DNA of 64,000 nt from Hydrolagus affinis (taxonomy: Eukaryota), in the NCBI GenBank assembly GCA_012026655.1, contig JAAILG010000946.1, positions 1 to 64,000 of the forward strand, in the 5' to 3' direction. Of the stretch, positions 24,201 through 39,200 are shown piece by piece; within the stretch, counting starts at the first letter, position 1; the number at the start of each line of letters is the position of its first letter. Below the pieces are notes generated by a model. The model made no database searches. It saw only the letters and a list, made by a program, of their open reading frames with translations, and was not told where the DNA came from. A program made the position numbers and the translations under genes.

Positions 24201-27200
24201 CTGTATCCTCGTATTCTTCAAAAAGCTTGAAGACGTTTGAAGGAAGAGCGAAATAATAACACAGGGCTTCAAACTGTCCCTCCAAAGCATCTAGGAGAGG
24301 AAGAAAGATTGTGATGCAAGTTGAAGAATTGTTTTCTTGTTGTAAATGGACACTGAGATTCACTGTAATGGCCAGAGGCTTTCAGGAGCTTCATTCAGCA
24401 AATTCTTTGACACACCACATGGAATGTAAAACAAAATACCTGTAAAAAGGGACAGTTTCATCATAAAACATCATGAAACAAGCTACTTTATGTTTGTGCC
24501 CCATAAACGCCACAAATGTTAAATGCCCCGTCCTTTTGCGAGTGTAGGTTGCTATTTCTTCTTCCTACGCTAGCTCCTCACCCAATGTATTTATAATGGA
24601 ATATATGACTGATGTTTTTCGCTTTGATGCTTGTGACATGTAATTGAGAAGATTTGATGCTGGGTTCAAGGACAATTCATTTTTAGGATTTAATGATACT
24701 TTGAACAACTTCTCAACCCCATCAACCAAACTCCACCTTGCGAATCTGTCAGACTAACTCTCTTTATAGTGATTTTCTATGCATCGATTCTTGTAACAGG
24801 TCCTTTTCAGTTACCTTTCCAGAGATCCTTAGACGGTGGCACTCCCAGCAAGTAGTTGAAGAACAAAGCAGAAGATCGAAGGAATGGAGTTATCCCACAC
24901 TTCACACAATTCCAAAGGTACCAGCCATGGGGTTTGCTTTCTAAAGCCCTGGTAGATAATCACAATTCAGTTTACATTTAAGATAAATCAACACTGGCTT
25001 TACAGCGATACCATCCAGATCACAAACTTCAATTGAAACAAGCACAAGGAATAAGTTCAAGTCAATGACTGAGTGTTTTTACAACAATATTTCTTACAGA
25101 CAAATGCTTCTTTGTACATGCAAGAGAAAATGTAGAGAATAGATATGGAAGGTCCATTAAAAAGGAGACCTATAATAATAATAATCCATGTATTGATATA
25201 GCGCCTTATCACATTTTTGCAAATCTCAAAGGCTTATCTCTATAAAGATCAGTATTCCATTGGTTAGATCAACAAGGGCCCTTGGAAATCCTAAATTCAC
25301 TTAAGCTGCTGAGTGTGAAACAATAATAATAATCCTTGCATTTGATATAGCGCTTTTCACGTCTTCTAGACGTCTCAAAAGCACTTCACACAATATACTG
25401 TAAAGTGAAGTGACTGTATATTTGTGGGTGAAACATGGCAGCCAATTGTGCACAACAAATCACATTTAGATTTCACGGTGTTTCAGCGGGCAAACATTTA
25501 CCTTGTGCTACTTACCCATTTGTGTACTTTCGGAGCGTTTCATACAGTTTTACTGCTGACTGGGCCTCCTCACTTTCCTCTCCATCTTGCTCCATAGGAA
25601 AGTCTGTATAGATAGTGTACGGACAGTTACATTTCACAACGGTTTCTTGAACAGTAGCTCCTATTTAGTCCAATTGATATTTTGCTGCCAGTTTTGGTAC
25701 TGACCCGAGGTTGAGGTAACAAGTATCTGGACAATGTGCACCATGGTAATCAGGTGGAAGAGGTAGAGGTTATTGAAAGCACTGCTGATGTCTGAGGGCT
25801 GCAGGTCCACAGTCTCCTCCCAATATAACGAAGGAAATGCTAACACCGAACTCACCTAAACAACATTAGATACAAATTGCTGAACAATAGGTTACACAAC
25901 ACTACAGTCCACATTCAGAGTAGAAATGGAAAGCATTGATACAATTCGAATTTAGTAAATCTATGTTACTGCTTAATGAATCCAGCAGATAAAAATAATC
26001 TCAACTAATTGTGGAGAATAAAATTGATCCATAAACATACCAAATGATGGAAAAAGTCAATGGTCAGAATTGATGGGGTGTCTTCAGCCTTCGTGCCGAG
26101 CATAAAAACTAGAATTTAAAAAGGATAGTTCAAACAAGGATGTTCATTTTTATAAAGGTCATTTATACAATTTGTGGGCGCAAATGGCTGCTGCATTTCA
26201 CCCACAAATATAGACAATTCACTTTACAGTAAATATTCTGTGAAGCGCTTTAAGACATCTAGAAGAGGAGAAAAGCGCTACATCAAATACAAGGATTATT
26301 ATTATAATAATCAATAAAATATTTTTTAATCAAATCTAATTGGACCGAATTAAAATGCATCAATCCACAGCACCATGAAAAGTCTTGTTTTCAATGACTT
26401 CTGCATGCCTATAATAACCTCTTTAGAGATAAGAGTCGGATGCATTATATACATTCAGCGGGTTGGACTCACTATTAAACATAACCAACCTTTCAAATTA
26501 CCCTGAAACACTAAATGGTGGCCATCACACCCTGGGTCGAAGTGAATCTATACAGATTTGTCACAGATTTCTGACCTAAAATTTTAGTATAAAGAGGATA
26601 TAATGCAACTATCAAGAGATTTTTCAGTCATGGGGGAAAAAAATAAACTTATAAAGTTATAAAGATTGTATCCCAAATGAATCCAGGTAAATTCAGTGGT
26701 GAGGGTGGAGGGTGGGTGGGGGGCAGTAGTGGGGAGAATAGACCACTCACCATCCTCTCTACAGCTCTTCAGTCAAGGATCATTTTAAGTCAGTTTTTCA
26801 CAACTCTTGTCACCCTGCATCATTCATGTATTCAAGAGAGAGACTGACACCTAGATTTCCACCATAGTCTCTTGGTAAATAGCCACTAGAGACTGTTTGA
26901 GTGGCGCGCGAAACAGCATCTGCTTAGCTCCTTTCCTCCATGTGAGCCGAAGAAAGATGTATGCATAACACGCTACACAAAGTAAGGAGCCTGATAAGCA
27001 GGTAATAACATGGAGGCTAAATCTTAAGCTGTGTATATTTGTATAATATGCATATCCTATTATGGGCATAATCTTTTAATCCAATTTTTTCTTTTAACTG
27101 CAGCAGCAGGATGTCTTTAGGGAATCACAGTTCTGTTCAGCGTATCCTAACAGGAAACAAAGGGTTTGATGCAGCCTTAACATTTTGTCAGTTTATCTGC

Positions 27201-30200
27201 TCAGTGTCAAGACATATTCAGCAGCTGCTTTTATGCATGTGCAGATGTTATCACTCCCACATTGGAAGTTTGAATTCTTAGTTTAAGTTGGTGCCCCAGT
27301 GCTGGCTGTGTGCTCCACTGTCAGAGACACCAAGGCTTCAGTGAGGATGACAGCACAACTACCGTGGCTCAATCAAGTGGACTTGGTGGGTGGGGGGTGG
27401 GTAGACTTTCTGCATTTGTCAGAAACCCAACTAACCACACAAATGCCTCAGATAAAATTGGTCATTCATTTGATGGTCGTTTGTGGGACCTTGCCGTGTA
27501 CAAATTGGCTTCCATGTTTGCCAAGAAAATCCACAACCATCACACTTTGAAAATCTTTGAGTTTGTAAAAGAAAGTGTATTTGAACCAGCATATAAACTC
27601 AATACTCACCCGACAATAACCTTCTCAGGTGCTTCTGAATAACTTTCGGTGATGTCACCACTCTCTGAGAAGCAGCAAACTGCAAAAGTGCTTTGAGGTT
27701 AAAACCCTATAATAAAATCAGATGACACTCATTCATAATAATCCATTCTTCACAATCAGCAAATGTGATAGTTGTATAAATACTGCACATAATAGGGAAG
27801 GGAAAACCCAGATATTTCTTAAATCTGAATAAATCAATGTTTTCCCATTTTACAGTTTCCCCAGAGATTTTGAAGAAATGTAGGTAATGACCTCAGCATT
27901 CAAAGCAGAGAGTTCACAGTACCTGTCTGTCTGGTAGTGATCCGAACAGAGGCTTGATTTCGTCACTAAGAATATTTTCTGTAGGAGGGAGAAAGCTAAG
28001 TTTAAAAAGTGGCAACAATGGATTGAAATAGAATGATGTATTATTGAAAGCATTATCATTTTCCACCTATTATTTATTTATAATGGTTTGGCTCAGTTTG
28101 TGGCACTCTCATCTCTGAATCAAAAGGTTGGGTGTCAACTGGCTATTCCAGGTTAATACTGACTCAGATGCTTTTTAGATAAAGATATAAACCGAGGTCA
28201 TTTTGCCTTTTCTAGTGGTTTGTGGGGAGAGGGGGCGCGGGGGAGGGGGGAGGCGGGAATGGGGGAATTGAAGATCTCGTCAAAGAACATAAGAGTTTTT
28301 GAGTATCCTTGCCAATGTTACCAAGTTTTTTGTATGTAACCTTAAAAAGATTATACATGATCTCTTTCTAGAATGTTAACTATAGAGTTCTCCTACACAA
28401 CAGTCAAGACATATCAGTTTGTAGTATTCGAGATATTTTGACATAATAAATTACAAAATCAAACCCTGAAGGAATGCTTGTTAATTGTTTTTCCCCCCAC
28501 CCATAGGAACAGTTATTCCTGAACAAGCTTCCTTTCATGAACTACAGCGAATGAACATTTAACAGACAAGAACTATTTCTCCAAACATCTCCCAACGATT
28601 CTGTCGGAATTTGGTGTTAAATCAAGGAAATTGAAGAGAGATGCGAGCGGCTGCTGCATACCTATAGACTGAATGGTGAAAGCACAAGCCCCCCACGCCA
28701 TCACCGGCACTCGGACATCAGCTTCATTCGGGGGAACCTTCAATCCCACGCGGTGCACAGCTGTAGCAAACAGCATCAGCATTTCCACAATGCTGTCTGA
28801 AAATTTTAACCTGAGCAAGCACACAGAAACAAGGGGCAGTTTAAAACTCGGCTGCATTTCATTCATTCACTCTGTTATATAAATATTCACCGACGAAAAC
28901 TCTGCTTTCGCCTTACTTTACAGAAAATCCTGTGAAGATTTGAGACGTGAAAGGTGCTATCACAAATACAAAGATTATTATTAAATTCTGTTCCAAGCTT
29001 CCCCCCTCCAATGTCCTGGCTGATGATATACTCACTGGATAAATTACCCTGCGAGTTTAATCAGTGAGAAACAACAGTCCAATGGAAGATTTGCTGAGTT
29101 AGTTCATCTACGCTAAGTAACTATTATGGATTCTACAATTGGTCTCAATTGCCTTAGGCCAGGGCATAAAACCTCAAGTTGTAGATCACTATCCAGCAAT
29201 GCCTATTTGGATAGTGAAATAGAATCAGATTTTGAATGTCATCAGTCTTAAACTCACTATCACAGCTTACATATAAATAACAGCCTCTTTGGTAACAGCA
29301 ATCACATTAGAGGTGCACCCCTCTGCACTGTGTATTCACTGTATTACGTGACAGTAAATCCTGTGAAGTGCTTTGAGACGTGGTCCTGACATAAAAGTTG
29401 CCAAACCAAAACGTAAGAAGTATTATCCCAGTAATAAGAGGAAAAATATTTTGAAATATACAGCAAAAAAAAAATCGCTGTAGTTCAAAGCATTTTCAGG
29501 TGAGGAGGAGACAAGAGGAAATTGCCAAGGAAAACAATTCAAACTTTGATTCAGATAACCCATTCTCCACCCACGAGGCACCAACTCTTGCAAGAAAACA
29601 ATAGCAATGGTATGTGGAGAGAGCCGTTTACAGTATTCAAGTGATAATAGTAAAATCACATTCTGCTGATGTAACTAGGAAAATATAAGTTCTTCAAAGT
29701 GTTTTGCAAAAAAAAGTTAATATTACATACGGTGGCTGCACTCCAAAGCTGAGGATAGATCGGAACTCTACAGGGTTCTTCCACGAGACGGGATTCTCTT
29801 GCATCTGTTTGCTTTCATCTTGGAGGAAACAAATGGAGCAATATGACAGCTGCTGATTTGCGTATTATGAAATTTATCCCACATTACATGTTTTCTCAGC
29901 ATCACAAGGGCCCCTTACACTGGAGCAGGTGACCAGTGAAAGCACAACTCCCCCACCATTATTACCTACCTTGTATGTGTGAAATATTTAATCCCGTTAT
30001 CCTTGCTAATACATTTTCTAGCCATCTTGGTAAAGTGAGCATCTGTTCAACAGTTTCTACATCTTTGCTGTTAAGAAAACAGATTGGACAGGAGTCAATT
30101 TTTTTAAAAAAGTTTGTATAGAAGCAATACTGATACGGTATTCAATTATCTATTCAAAACAAGTCATTTAAAACAATATTTAAGATCCACAAACTGAATC

Positions 30201-33200
30201 TATTCATCTCGTTTTTTTGCCTCAATTGTTCTCCACAACAACAGCAAATTCCATTTTTCACGTCGAGAGGACATCGAGGCATTGGACAGTCAAGAATTTG
30301 GAGTCGGATGGGTGGAAGGTAGGGGTAGATGGGTAATCAAAGGTGCGGTTCAAGAGGAGCTTCTTGAGACATCTTGAAGGAGACAAGGGTGGGAGCAAGG
30401 CAAAGGGACTGTGGAATGGAGTTCCAAAGGGTGGAACAGGTTGATAGTGGTGTCATCTGCATACATGTGGAAGTTAATCCCATGTCTGCGGATGATGTCA
30501 CCAAGTGGGAGATAGTAACTGATTAGGAGACTGGTGAATTTTCATTTGCCATGAATCAGTGTGGCGTGCCTTGCCAGCCTTGTTTACGAGGAACAAGCAC
30601 AGTGAGGAATCTAGTACATTGGAATAGCTCTCCAAAAAAATAGGTGACAATTTGGTAATAGCAATCCCAAGCACTGCTGGCCAGCCTCTCTGTTTCCTTA
30701 ACACTACAAGCCATCAATATATCCTCAACTGTGTTAGTTGAGCCCCAGTAGGTAAGAGTTTGACAATCAAGTACAGTAAATCTCAAAAGATTAGAGCTGA
30801 AGATGGAAGAAGCATGCTTTTGGTGCTGAGGAAAAGTGAACAAACAACCATACAAAATAAGTGCAATGCTTTTTTCTTACTCATGTAATGAGCAGATAAT
30901 TGTGAATAAAATGCGAAATACTGCAGATGCTGGAAATCCGGAACAAAGACAGAGGTCGCTGAGAACACTCAGCAGGTCAGGCAGTGCTTTTGATGCTGCC
31001 TGAACTGCTGAGTGTTCCCAGCGACCTCAGATACTTGTGCATTACCTGTTTAGACTGTGTGCTTGAAGTGGAAGGACAGGGATCACAGTATTACACAGAG
31101 ACTTGCACAGTGGACATAGATACTCTCCATTGTCCAAATGAAATGACAGGTCAGCGTGAAGCCTGTGGCGTGTTGAGCGCTGCACTGCTTCAAAATACCT
31201 GCAGATACACCAGAAAATGGATCACATTGGTAATGTTTCAACATAGCTTCAATCACCACTATTGCCCAAAGAAAAACATCAAAGCTTAAAACCATTATTG
31301 GAACGGAGCAAAAACTAACAGTTGGCATTTGGGAGTCCAGCACAGTTGGGTGTTCAACACAGCCATTGCAGTGAACCAGTGTCTGAAGCACTAACCATCC
31401 CTATTTCAAGTGAAAGAAACATCCTGTTTTGAGGAAAGCTATGTTATCCATCTTTGCACATGGTTTCCTCCCCCGTTCTTTCATCATTATCTTCTATACA
31501 CCACCAAATCAAAGTCATATCAGCAAGGAATGAAATAACAGGCATATTTCCACAACCAATAAAACAGGACAAGTTCAGCTCACCAATAATACTTTTTAAA
31601 TCTCTGCACTTCCAGACTAAAGGTGAGCCATGAATCATGATAGGTGGAAGATAATAATACTTGCATTTGATATAGCGCCTTATCAGATCTTCACGACATC
31701 TCAAAGCGGTTCACAGTGCAGTGAAGTATAGTGGCTGTATATTGTGTGGGTAGAACGCGGCAGCCAACTGCACATAACAGTGTTCCACAAACAGTTGTGG
31801 ATTCAGTGACCAAATAGTTATTTTTTTAATTTAGAGGGATTATGGAAAACAATCTGCCAATCATCTAACAACTGGGTTCCTACTTATTGCTGAGTAAATA
31901 GAGGGTTGTGGAATAAAGAAATTTCCCTAAGGTTTAACTTTGTTTGAAGAAGCTGTCATTCTGCCCAGTGTAGATTATATATGATAAATATTATGTATGT
32001 GAATGAGTATTCTACCTAACCATGGGACTAGACTGCTGCCTAATGAAGAGTTTTGGTTAACCAGCCAACTTACTTCTGCCAGCAGGAGGCATGCATCACA
32101 TGACCACAGCTTCCTGCGTAAGTGCCACAGCCCAGGTCAGTGTGCATAAATAAAGGGTCACAGTTCTCTACAATAAAAAGGAGATAAAAGAAATTAACTC
32201 AAGACTGAAATTATTCATTAAACTAAACTTTTTTCCTATCCCTTTTATCTGAATAATGAAAAAAAGGTGCTTTTCAGAAAGAAGTGTGAACAAATGAAGA
32301 CAGTCATCACAGGAGATACAAACTTTATTGATGATCAAAAAACCAAGTTTAAAGAAAATTTGCTCCCTTCTTTCAGATGTTAACTGAAAGGAGTTTCTGT
32401 CAAAAGCATCATCCTGCCAATGGGCAGATTAATCCCACATGAATTAAGTGACAGGATTGTTTCATCATAAATCTAATTTGAGAAACAAATTGTACATTAC
32501 AGTTACTTTCACATTCCACCAGCCCCCACCACCCCATGGTTATGAAGATCCCTCTGCAATTGCACCACATTACTTCTTGGAAGTTAACAAGACAGTAAAC
32601 CATGTCACATATTATATGAGCAAATTGGAACACAATTGAAGCATTGCAATATTTCATTTATAAATTTGCTTTAATTCCCGCTCCAAAGAGACTCCCGAAG
32701 GAAGGTGCATGTGAATGAACTCTGCATGAAGAAAGGTTAAGCTACGTTGACACCACCCCCACCTCTCCCAAACCTAGTTGAACAGCTTGATACTCATGGT
32801 CAAGGTTTATACATAAATAGTTACCATATGCGCAACGTATTGGAGGGCACCATGCAACCGTATGGTATGTCAGTAGAAGGGAAAAAGGAGTCAAATGACT
32901 TTAGGAAAGTAGAAAGGAGGGCTGAAAAATAAATACAATTTGAAATGTAAAATGCAGACATCTTGATTGCAAAATCCTTAGGGGTCAATTTACCTCCTGT
33001 ATTCCTCACAACTTGACATGTATTCTGTGTCAGGGCTGTGGACCTCTGAACACAAGCTGTGAGCACCATGGCCATTCCATCCAATCGCACCTCTTGTTCC
33101 TCCTGGCACAGGATGCAGGTTAGTATGATTTTCTCAGCAGCAACTGCACCCTGTCTTGGGCCCAGAGCTACACCGGAATCCTCTGCAGTGGTTGCTGAAC

Positions 33201-36200
33201 TGTGAGGGAAGTAAACACACAGAATTTGAAAAGATCCAGATCATACACATTTAATTAAAGTTGTAACTCTGGCCTTTGGAATTCTCATCATCAGTTTTGT
33301 GTCAAAGCTTGGAAGAGAAACTGCAGCACCTCCCACCCGCACACCCAACTACCACCAGAATGTCAAGGTTTGACATTATAACCCTGAAATTAGTGACAGA
33401 TTCTCACAGAATGTTGCAACACATAATTTTTTCCTCCTGGCCTTATTCTATCCACCAGCTGTCTACCTGTTCTCCTCAGTTGCACCAGCGCCATGTCCGA
33501 TTACTTCTGTCGCCTTCTCGTAGAGGTGCTTATTCGATTCAATGAAGTTCTTCTGCATTGCAGACATCTGCGCCATAATCTTCTGTCTATGTAGTTTGGC
33601 TGCTTCTGCCTTCCGTTTGCGCTCAGCTTTGTCTTTGTCCTGTACAGCCTAGAGCACAAACAAGAATCAGTAATCTTTCCCATGACATTAATGTAGCATC
33701 ATCACCCATTTATGTTATTCTGAAGATGTGTGATAGAGAAAAATGTGATAAATGAGCTTACCTCATCCGTCCTTTGAATCTCTGCTCTTGCTGATGAAAA
33801 TGGACTTGACTTTTCCCTCAATTTTTTCACAGCATCAAACATCTGTAAATATATGCACAAATATAATGTCAGTCTGAGGCCTTTGCTCTGTTTAAGGTCA
33901 TCATGAAAACCCTGTTCACCACTACAGACAATTGAAAGCCTACTCTTAATTTAGGAAGAAAAGGTAACAATTGGTATATTACTGTCAACCTATGCAATGT
34001 TGGCTGGTTAAACTCCAAAAATACCTCAACATACTATGGGATACCAAGCTTTGGATCTCGCACCCTGTGCCTAATACTCTCTGGAATTTGGTAAGGGAGA
34101 GTGCACATTCCATTCAAGACATATGGAAATGTTTATGCATAGGTATCAAGCAGATGTGGAGCTCTGTCTGGTTTGATCTAATGATGGGTTTCCGCATATG
34201 TCATGAATGGAAGTGGCAATCAAGCCTGAGGGCTAAGGTTGGACCTCCAGTTAGTAAATTTAATACAGTACTACAATATTTTAGATTCTGAACCATACTA
34301 TAAGCACCACAGGAGGACAACTTAAAGGAAGCTCTTTGGTATTTTCATTACCTACCTGTAAAGTCCAAAGAATCATGTCTTTCTGGGCATTTAACAGAGG
34401 TACACGTTTCAGTTGCTCTACAAGTGACAGGACACTCTGAGCATTCACTGCGGAACTTCCTATTCCTTGAAGAGAAATTACAAAATAAATCTCAAAAATA
34501 TAAAAGGAACTGGACAAATACAAACATATCCAGACAGTTTCCTTCGTTATGCTACTGGCAATAATATTTTCCACTTAGAAAGAGTAAAACATGGCTTGCT
34601 AGGCTTCTCCTTCCAATCTCAGAGAATCATCAATAAGCAGGTAAAAACACAGATGCATTATCGACACAATCATTTACTTTATCTTTTAGCAACTCAATCG
34701 TTGACCATATTTGTGTTGTAGCACAACACTTGCTTGGGATTCAGGCTTTGGCTTGAGGACGTAACTTTATACGTTCCTTTGATCTGCCGACATTTGTATC
34801 CTTGCAAGGCACATTGTTTTGGAACTAGTTCAGCCCCAGGAGGAACTCACTAACCTGCTCTCAGGCTATTAGACGCAGGACTAAATTTAGTGACTGGGAT
34901 GGGGTAATGGGAGTGGGCCCAATGGGAATCTATCTTCAAACATCCGATCACAAGCCATTCCAAACAACCCCTCTCTGGAAATTCAGTCAGTGACTGGACC
35001 CAACAATCCCTGGAGCTTGCAGAGTGGAAAATGTTACATTGTGCAAGAGACTTTACTTTAGGAAGTAATGGGATTTGGAGAAGACAAAGCCAATTGTAAC
35101 ATTTAACTGGATATGGGGCATGAATCACACCCCCTGTATTACTCTGCAAAACACTAAATTATGTAGGAAATAAAAGGAACACTTGTTAGTTACCAAAGCA
35201 GGTAAACAGCTAAAGTGGTACTGTAAAGCAATGCAAAATACAGATGAATTTCAATGTATAATATGTCTCAGTATTTACTTGTTGCCTTGAGATAAGCATC
35301 AAAAGATACTTCTTCTTCTGCTGCTGCCTCCTTGAGCTGTCTCTGTTCCTCTTGTAAAGCCATGCAGATAAGATGGAGGGCCTGTAATAGACACATGGCT
35401 GCGTGCTGTTAGTAATATGGATCATTTCCTTATCACAATGCTGACTAAAGATAAGAGGAAATTGCTAACGTCAATGTCCTAGTCTCCATTCTTCACGTTT
35501 CTCAATTTGAAATTGTATCAGGCCCATTTTGAAGCTCCATGTCCAATCGAACATGTTGCTGCCATTCAGCTACATTCGTACCTTCTGTATCATTGCTTCG
35601 CTCCACAACTGTCCTCTGGAACTCACAGCCCGCTGGCACACTGTTCTGAGGATTAGCATAAAGACGTCACAGTTCAGAATGTTCACAATCTTTGCAAACG
35701 CCGGAACGAACTGAGGAGGGACAGGAGGTGGTAGAGCTGTAAGACATATTACAAACAGTCAGTTCATTGTCAAGGCTTTAGGAATGAAGCCAGTTTCACA
35801 AGCCGGGAGAACTGGTCACGTGTGCTGACCACACACATCCCTTGCTCTGTGGGGGCTCAATGTCAATCATATGGTGCGCATGAATTAAGCTCATGTTACT
35901 GTAGCTCGTTGTTGAGTAGAGAACCACATACAGTAAAACATTGATACTCCAACATTCCAAAAGACGGCAACTCCCTAGAACCGGCAAGATTTCAAAATGC
36001 AAACAGTATTAGATTTTTTCCGATGTCGGCAAATCTCCCGAAGTTCGGAAAAGGCTGCTTGCAGTTCCCAGTGTGGCCGCTCTGTCGTTCAGCGCTGTGG
36101 GTGGAGCTCGGGCATTGCTTTGGCTTCAGCGCTGTGTTTACAGCTCATGTGGTGTCCTTGTGGGGTTTCCCCAGCTATTTCTGTTAGGTTTCTAAACACT

Positions 36201-39200
36201 GGCAAATTCCGAAATCCGGGAGGTGAGTGGGCCCAACCGTCCCGGATTATCAAGGTTTTACTGTAATACATTAACCTGAGGTCCACACAGAACAATCCTG
36301 ACCAGCAATGGTGGGGCGCACAGAGTAGGGGACATGGAGCAGGCCAGTCCCTACCAAACAGAGGGAGCGGACAGGTTTTAATAGGTCATAGAGACAGGCA
36401 GGAATCAAAGATCGTAGCTTCCAGGTATGCATTCCTAAAATTTTCATGGATCATCAAGCAAAGCAGAATATCAAATTGTCTTGACAGTGAATACTAATCA
36501 CAAAGGAGTGGAACTGATACTGCCCACAGATTCCAGAGCGAGTGCACATTCCATTCCAGACACCAGGAAATGTCTACAAATGTAATTTTTTTGTTGTTGT
36601 TGTTGATGTCCATGTGTAGATGGCTCACATACACGGAACTCTCAGTTGTCTTGGATACATTCAAGCATGGCAATTGTTTCCGCCTGTGTACAGACATCCG
36701 ACTGACAAATAATAAACACATCTCACTTTGAAATTGCAAACGTTTAAACCATCAACACGTGACTTACCTTCATTACTGTTGGCTTGTTTTTTCCTTTTCT
36801 TCTGTTCATCTTCAGCCTTTAAGAATTAAAGAGATTTTGATGTTACAATTACAGTCTTTATAGCTATTTGTGTCATTTACATATTTTAATTTATTGGTTT
36901 AGCTATCACCTGATGGCTATGATTAATGTGAGTTGTATACTGGATAGTGAAATTTATTCAAACAAGACTGGGTGTTTTAGGTTAATACAATAAACTATGA
37001 AAACAATTATTCCACATTCTTTTATTTTCCTTCCCAACAATCTATGTACTGAGCAGCCTTGTCCTACCAAGTAACAGGTTCTGGTAATATGCTTTTCGTG
37101 GCAAGATGTAAATGATGTGAGCATTTGTTTTGATTCAATCACCATTTACTGTTAAGGAGGACAGAATTTACCTTTGTCTGCTGAGATTTGTCATAATGAT
37201 AGAAGTACAAGTTAAACTCCTTCAGACATTCTGGCTTCAATTCGTACACCCCGTGGCCAGACAACCCTGGCTTTCTAGGAAAAGACAAAATAATTGTTAG
37301 TAATCATATACTATATACCCCTGTATACTATATAGATCCACAATAAAATCACCTTCACTTCAGAAAAGTTCCCTTCCAGTTTATAATTTATTGAATGGTA
37401 ACAGAGTCTGAGGAACTAAAAAATTCATTTTCAAAATAAACTATTTCCGTTTTAGAATAAAACGTGTTGAAAAAAGGAAGATAAGATTTAATTAATAGTC
37501 ACGTGTTAAATAATATCCAAGAGGATATCCAATATATAGTTCAGAATCTTTGTCAATCAGTTTCTAAAAGACAGAATTTCAGAGTATGCATGAAAAGTAT
37601 ATTGCCATAAATCATAAAGCTGTGTAAAACGTAACTTACTTGAATGTGGCCACTTCGTGGATAACCTTTTCCAGACCGGTTTCATTACTCTCCTGCAAAG
37701 CAGTTTTCATAAATAGCACATTTATTTGTATAGAACATTGTTGCATTTATTTATGAAGTATGCTTCCTGCTCTGTCTTCCTTCCCATAGCTTTGTGTCCT
37801 GCCTCGGAAGGCAGCGGGGGGAGTGATGGGAAGAGAGGGGGAGGGATGAAGGGATGAGACAGTTCAGCCATATCATGCAATATTACACATAGTCAAACGT
37901 ATTATGCATGAAATGGTGCGACATCATAATTGCGTTAATTCCCTGGAATGTACACCATGTAAACTTTCAGTGCTGTCAGTTCTGCACTTTGTGGCAGTGC
38001 TTATCGCCATGCTTCAAAGGCCAAAGTAACTTGGAACAAGATCGTTTCCGATCTTAGTTGTACATTCCTCTCCTCCTTAGCGCCTAATATGCCTCAGGAG
38101 TCACAGTGAGTGTACATTTGTGTCACGCTCATCAAGTTACACTGGGAATACTCACGTTCTCAGGCAAAGCTTTGACCAGGCTACTGTGAGCCATGGATTC
38201 AATACTGAGCAGATGGATCACCTCCCTCATTGTGACTTCATCTTTTGTCACTTGGCCTATTCCGGGAACATGCCTCTCCCCTGGAGAGAAACAAACACAA
38301 ATCCACGTTATAACCTGCTGGGTTCTAATTGGTATAAACCATGTGCAAAAAGGGAATTACATGTTCCCCAATTATATAATTAACACCCAGTGAAAAGACT
38401 GAGAATCCTATGCAGCCTTTCTAATTAGTTAAGTACTGATTGGTTCTTTAAGGGCCTCTGTAATTTCCTCTGTACACATACACATCATACACATTGCTCA
38501 TTGTACAATTCAAGGTGCAAATTAAACTCCAATGTTGCAGAGGTACTGGAGACCATCATTCACATGCGTTTGATTTGACTTAATTCCTTTGAAAATGTCT
38601 CCACAACAGACAGGAAATGCAAATTGGGATTTTCGTGAAAAGTAAATGTATAACACTCGGATTATCGTGTTTTTACTTAAGCCAGGGTATCGTAGGCAGA
38701 TTGCACCCGCACACCATCAAACCAAAAAAAACAACTCAGTGAATGACAACGCTGATACTTTCTGGCATTTTACGTGGTAATTTAAACATATCTCCAGGCC
38801 TTGGTGCATAAGATAACAAAGGTTTGTAAATTGTATTAAAAAAAATTGCAGTTATTCTAAAGACAGCAGTGACTCTAAAAGCAGATGTATCTTTTCTATG
38901 TACTTTCTGAAGAGGTGGAGCATTGTAGGTGACATAGTGCTCCCAGCCCCACCAGCAATAACACTCAACTGTACTGATCTATGCATGATGCTCACTACAA
39001 TGATCACCCAAAGGCAGTGAGTGAATGGGTAGTGGTGCAGAGATGAAGGGGCTCAGAGATCTGGCTGTAGTGTGATAACTATTACATAACCAAATAATTG
39101 TCCACATCAATTTAACTTTGCATTTTCCCATTGCTCAATATCTACAAGAATTGAAGATTTGAATGTATTTCTCCTGTGCTGTAGTTTAGCTCACAACAAT

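Noticed and set aside
24364-24439. Possible extra UBR1 exon (good TTTTTACAG acceptor) in intron 41
   Set aside because: Weak donor, 76 nt would frameshift, no UBR similarity, and exons 41 and 42 already join in frame; it could only be a poison exon, which needs RNA evidence.
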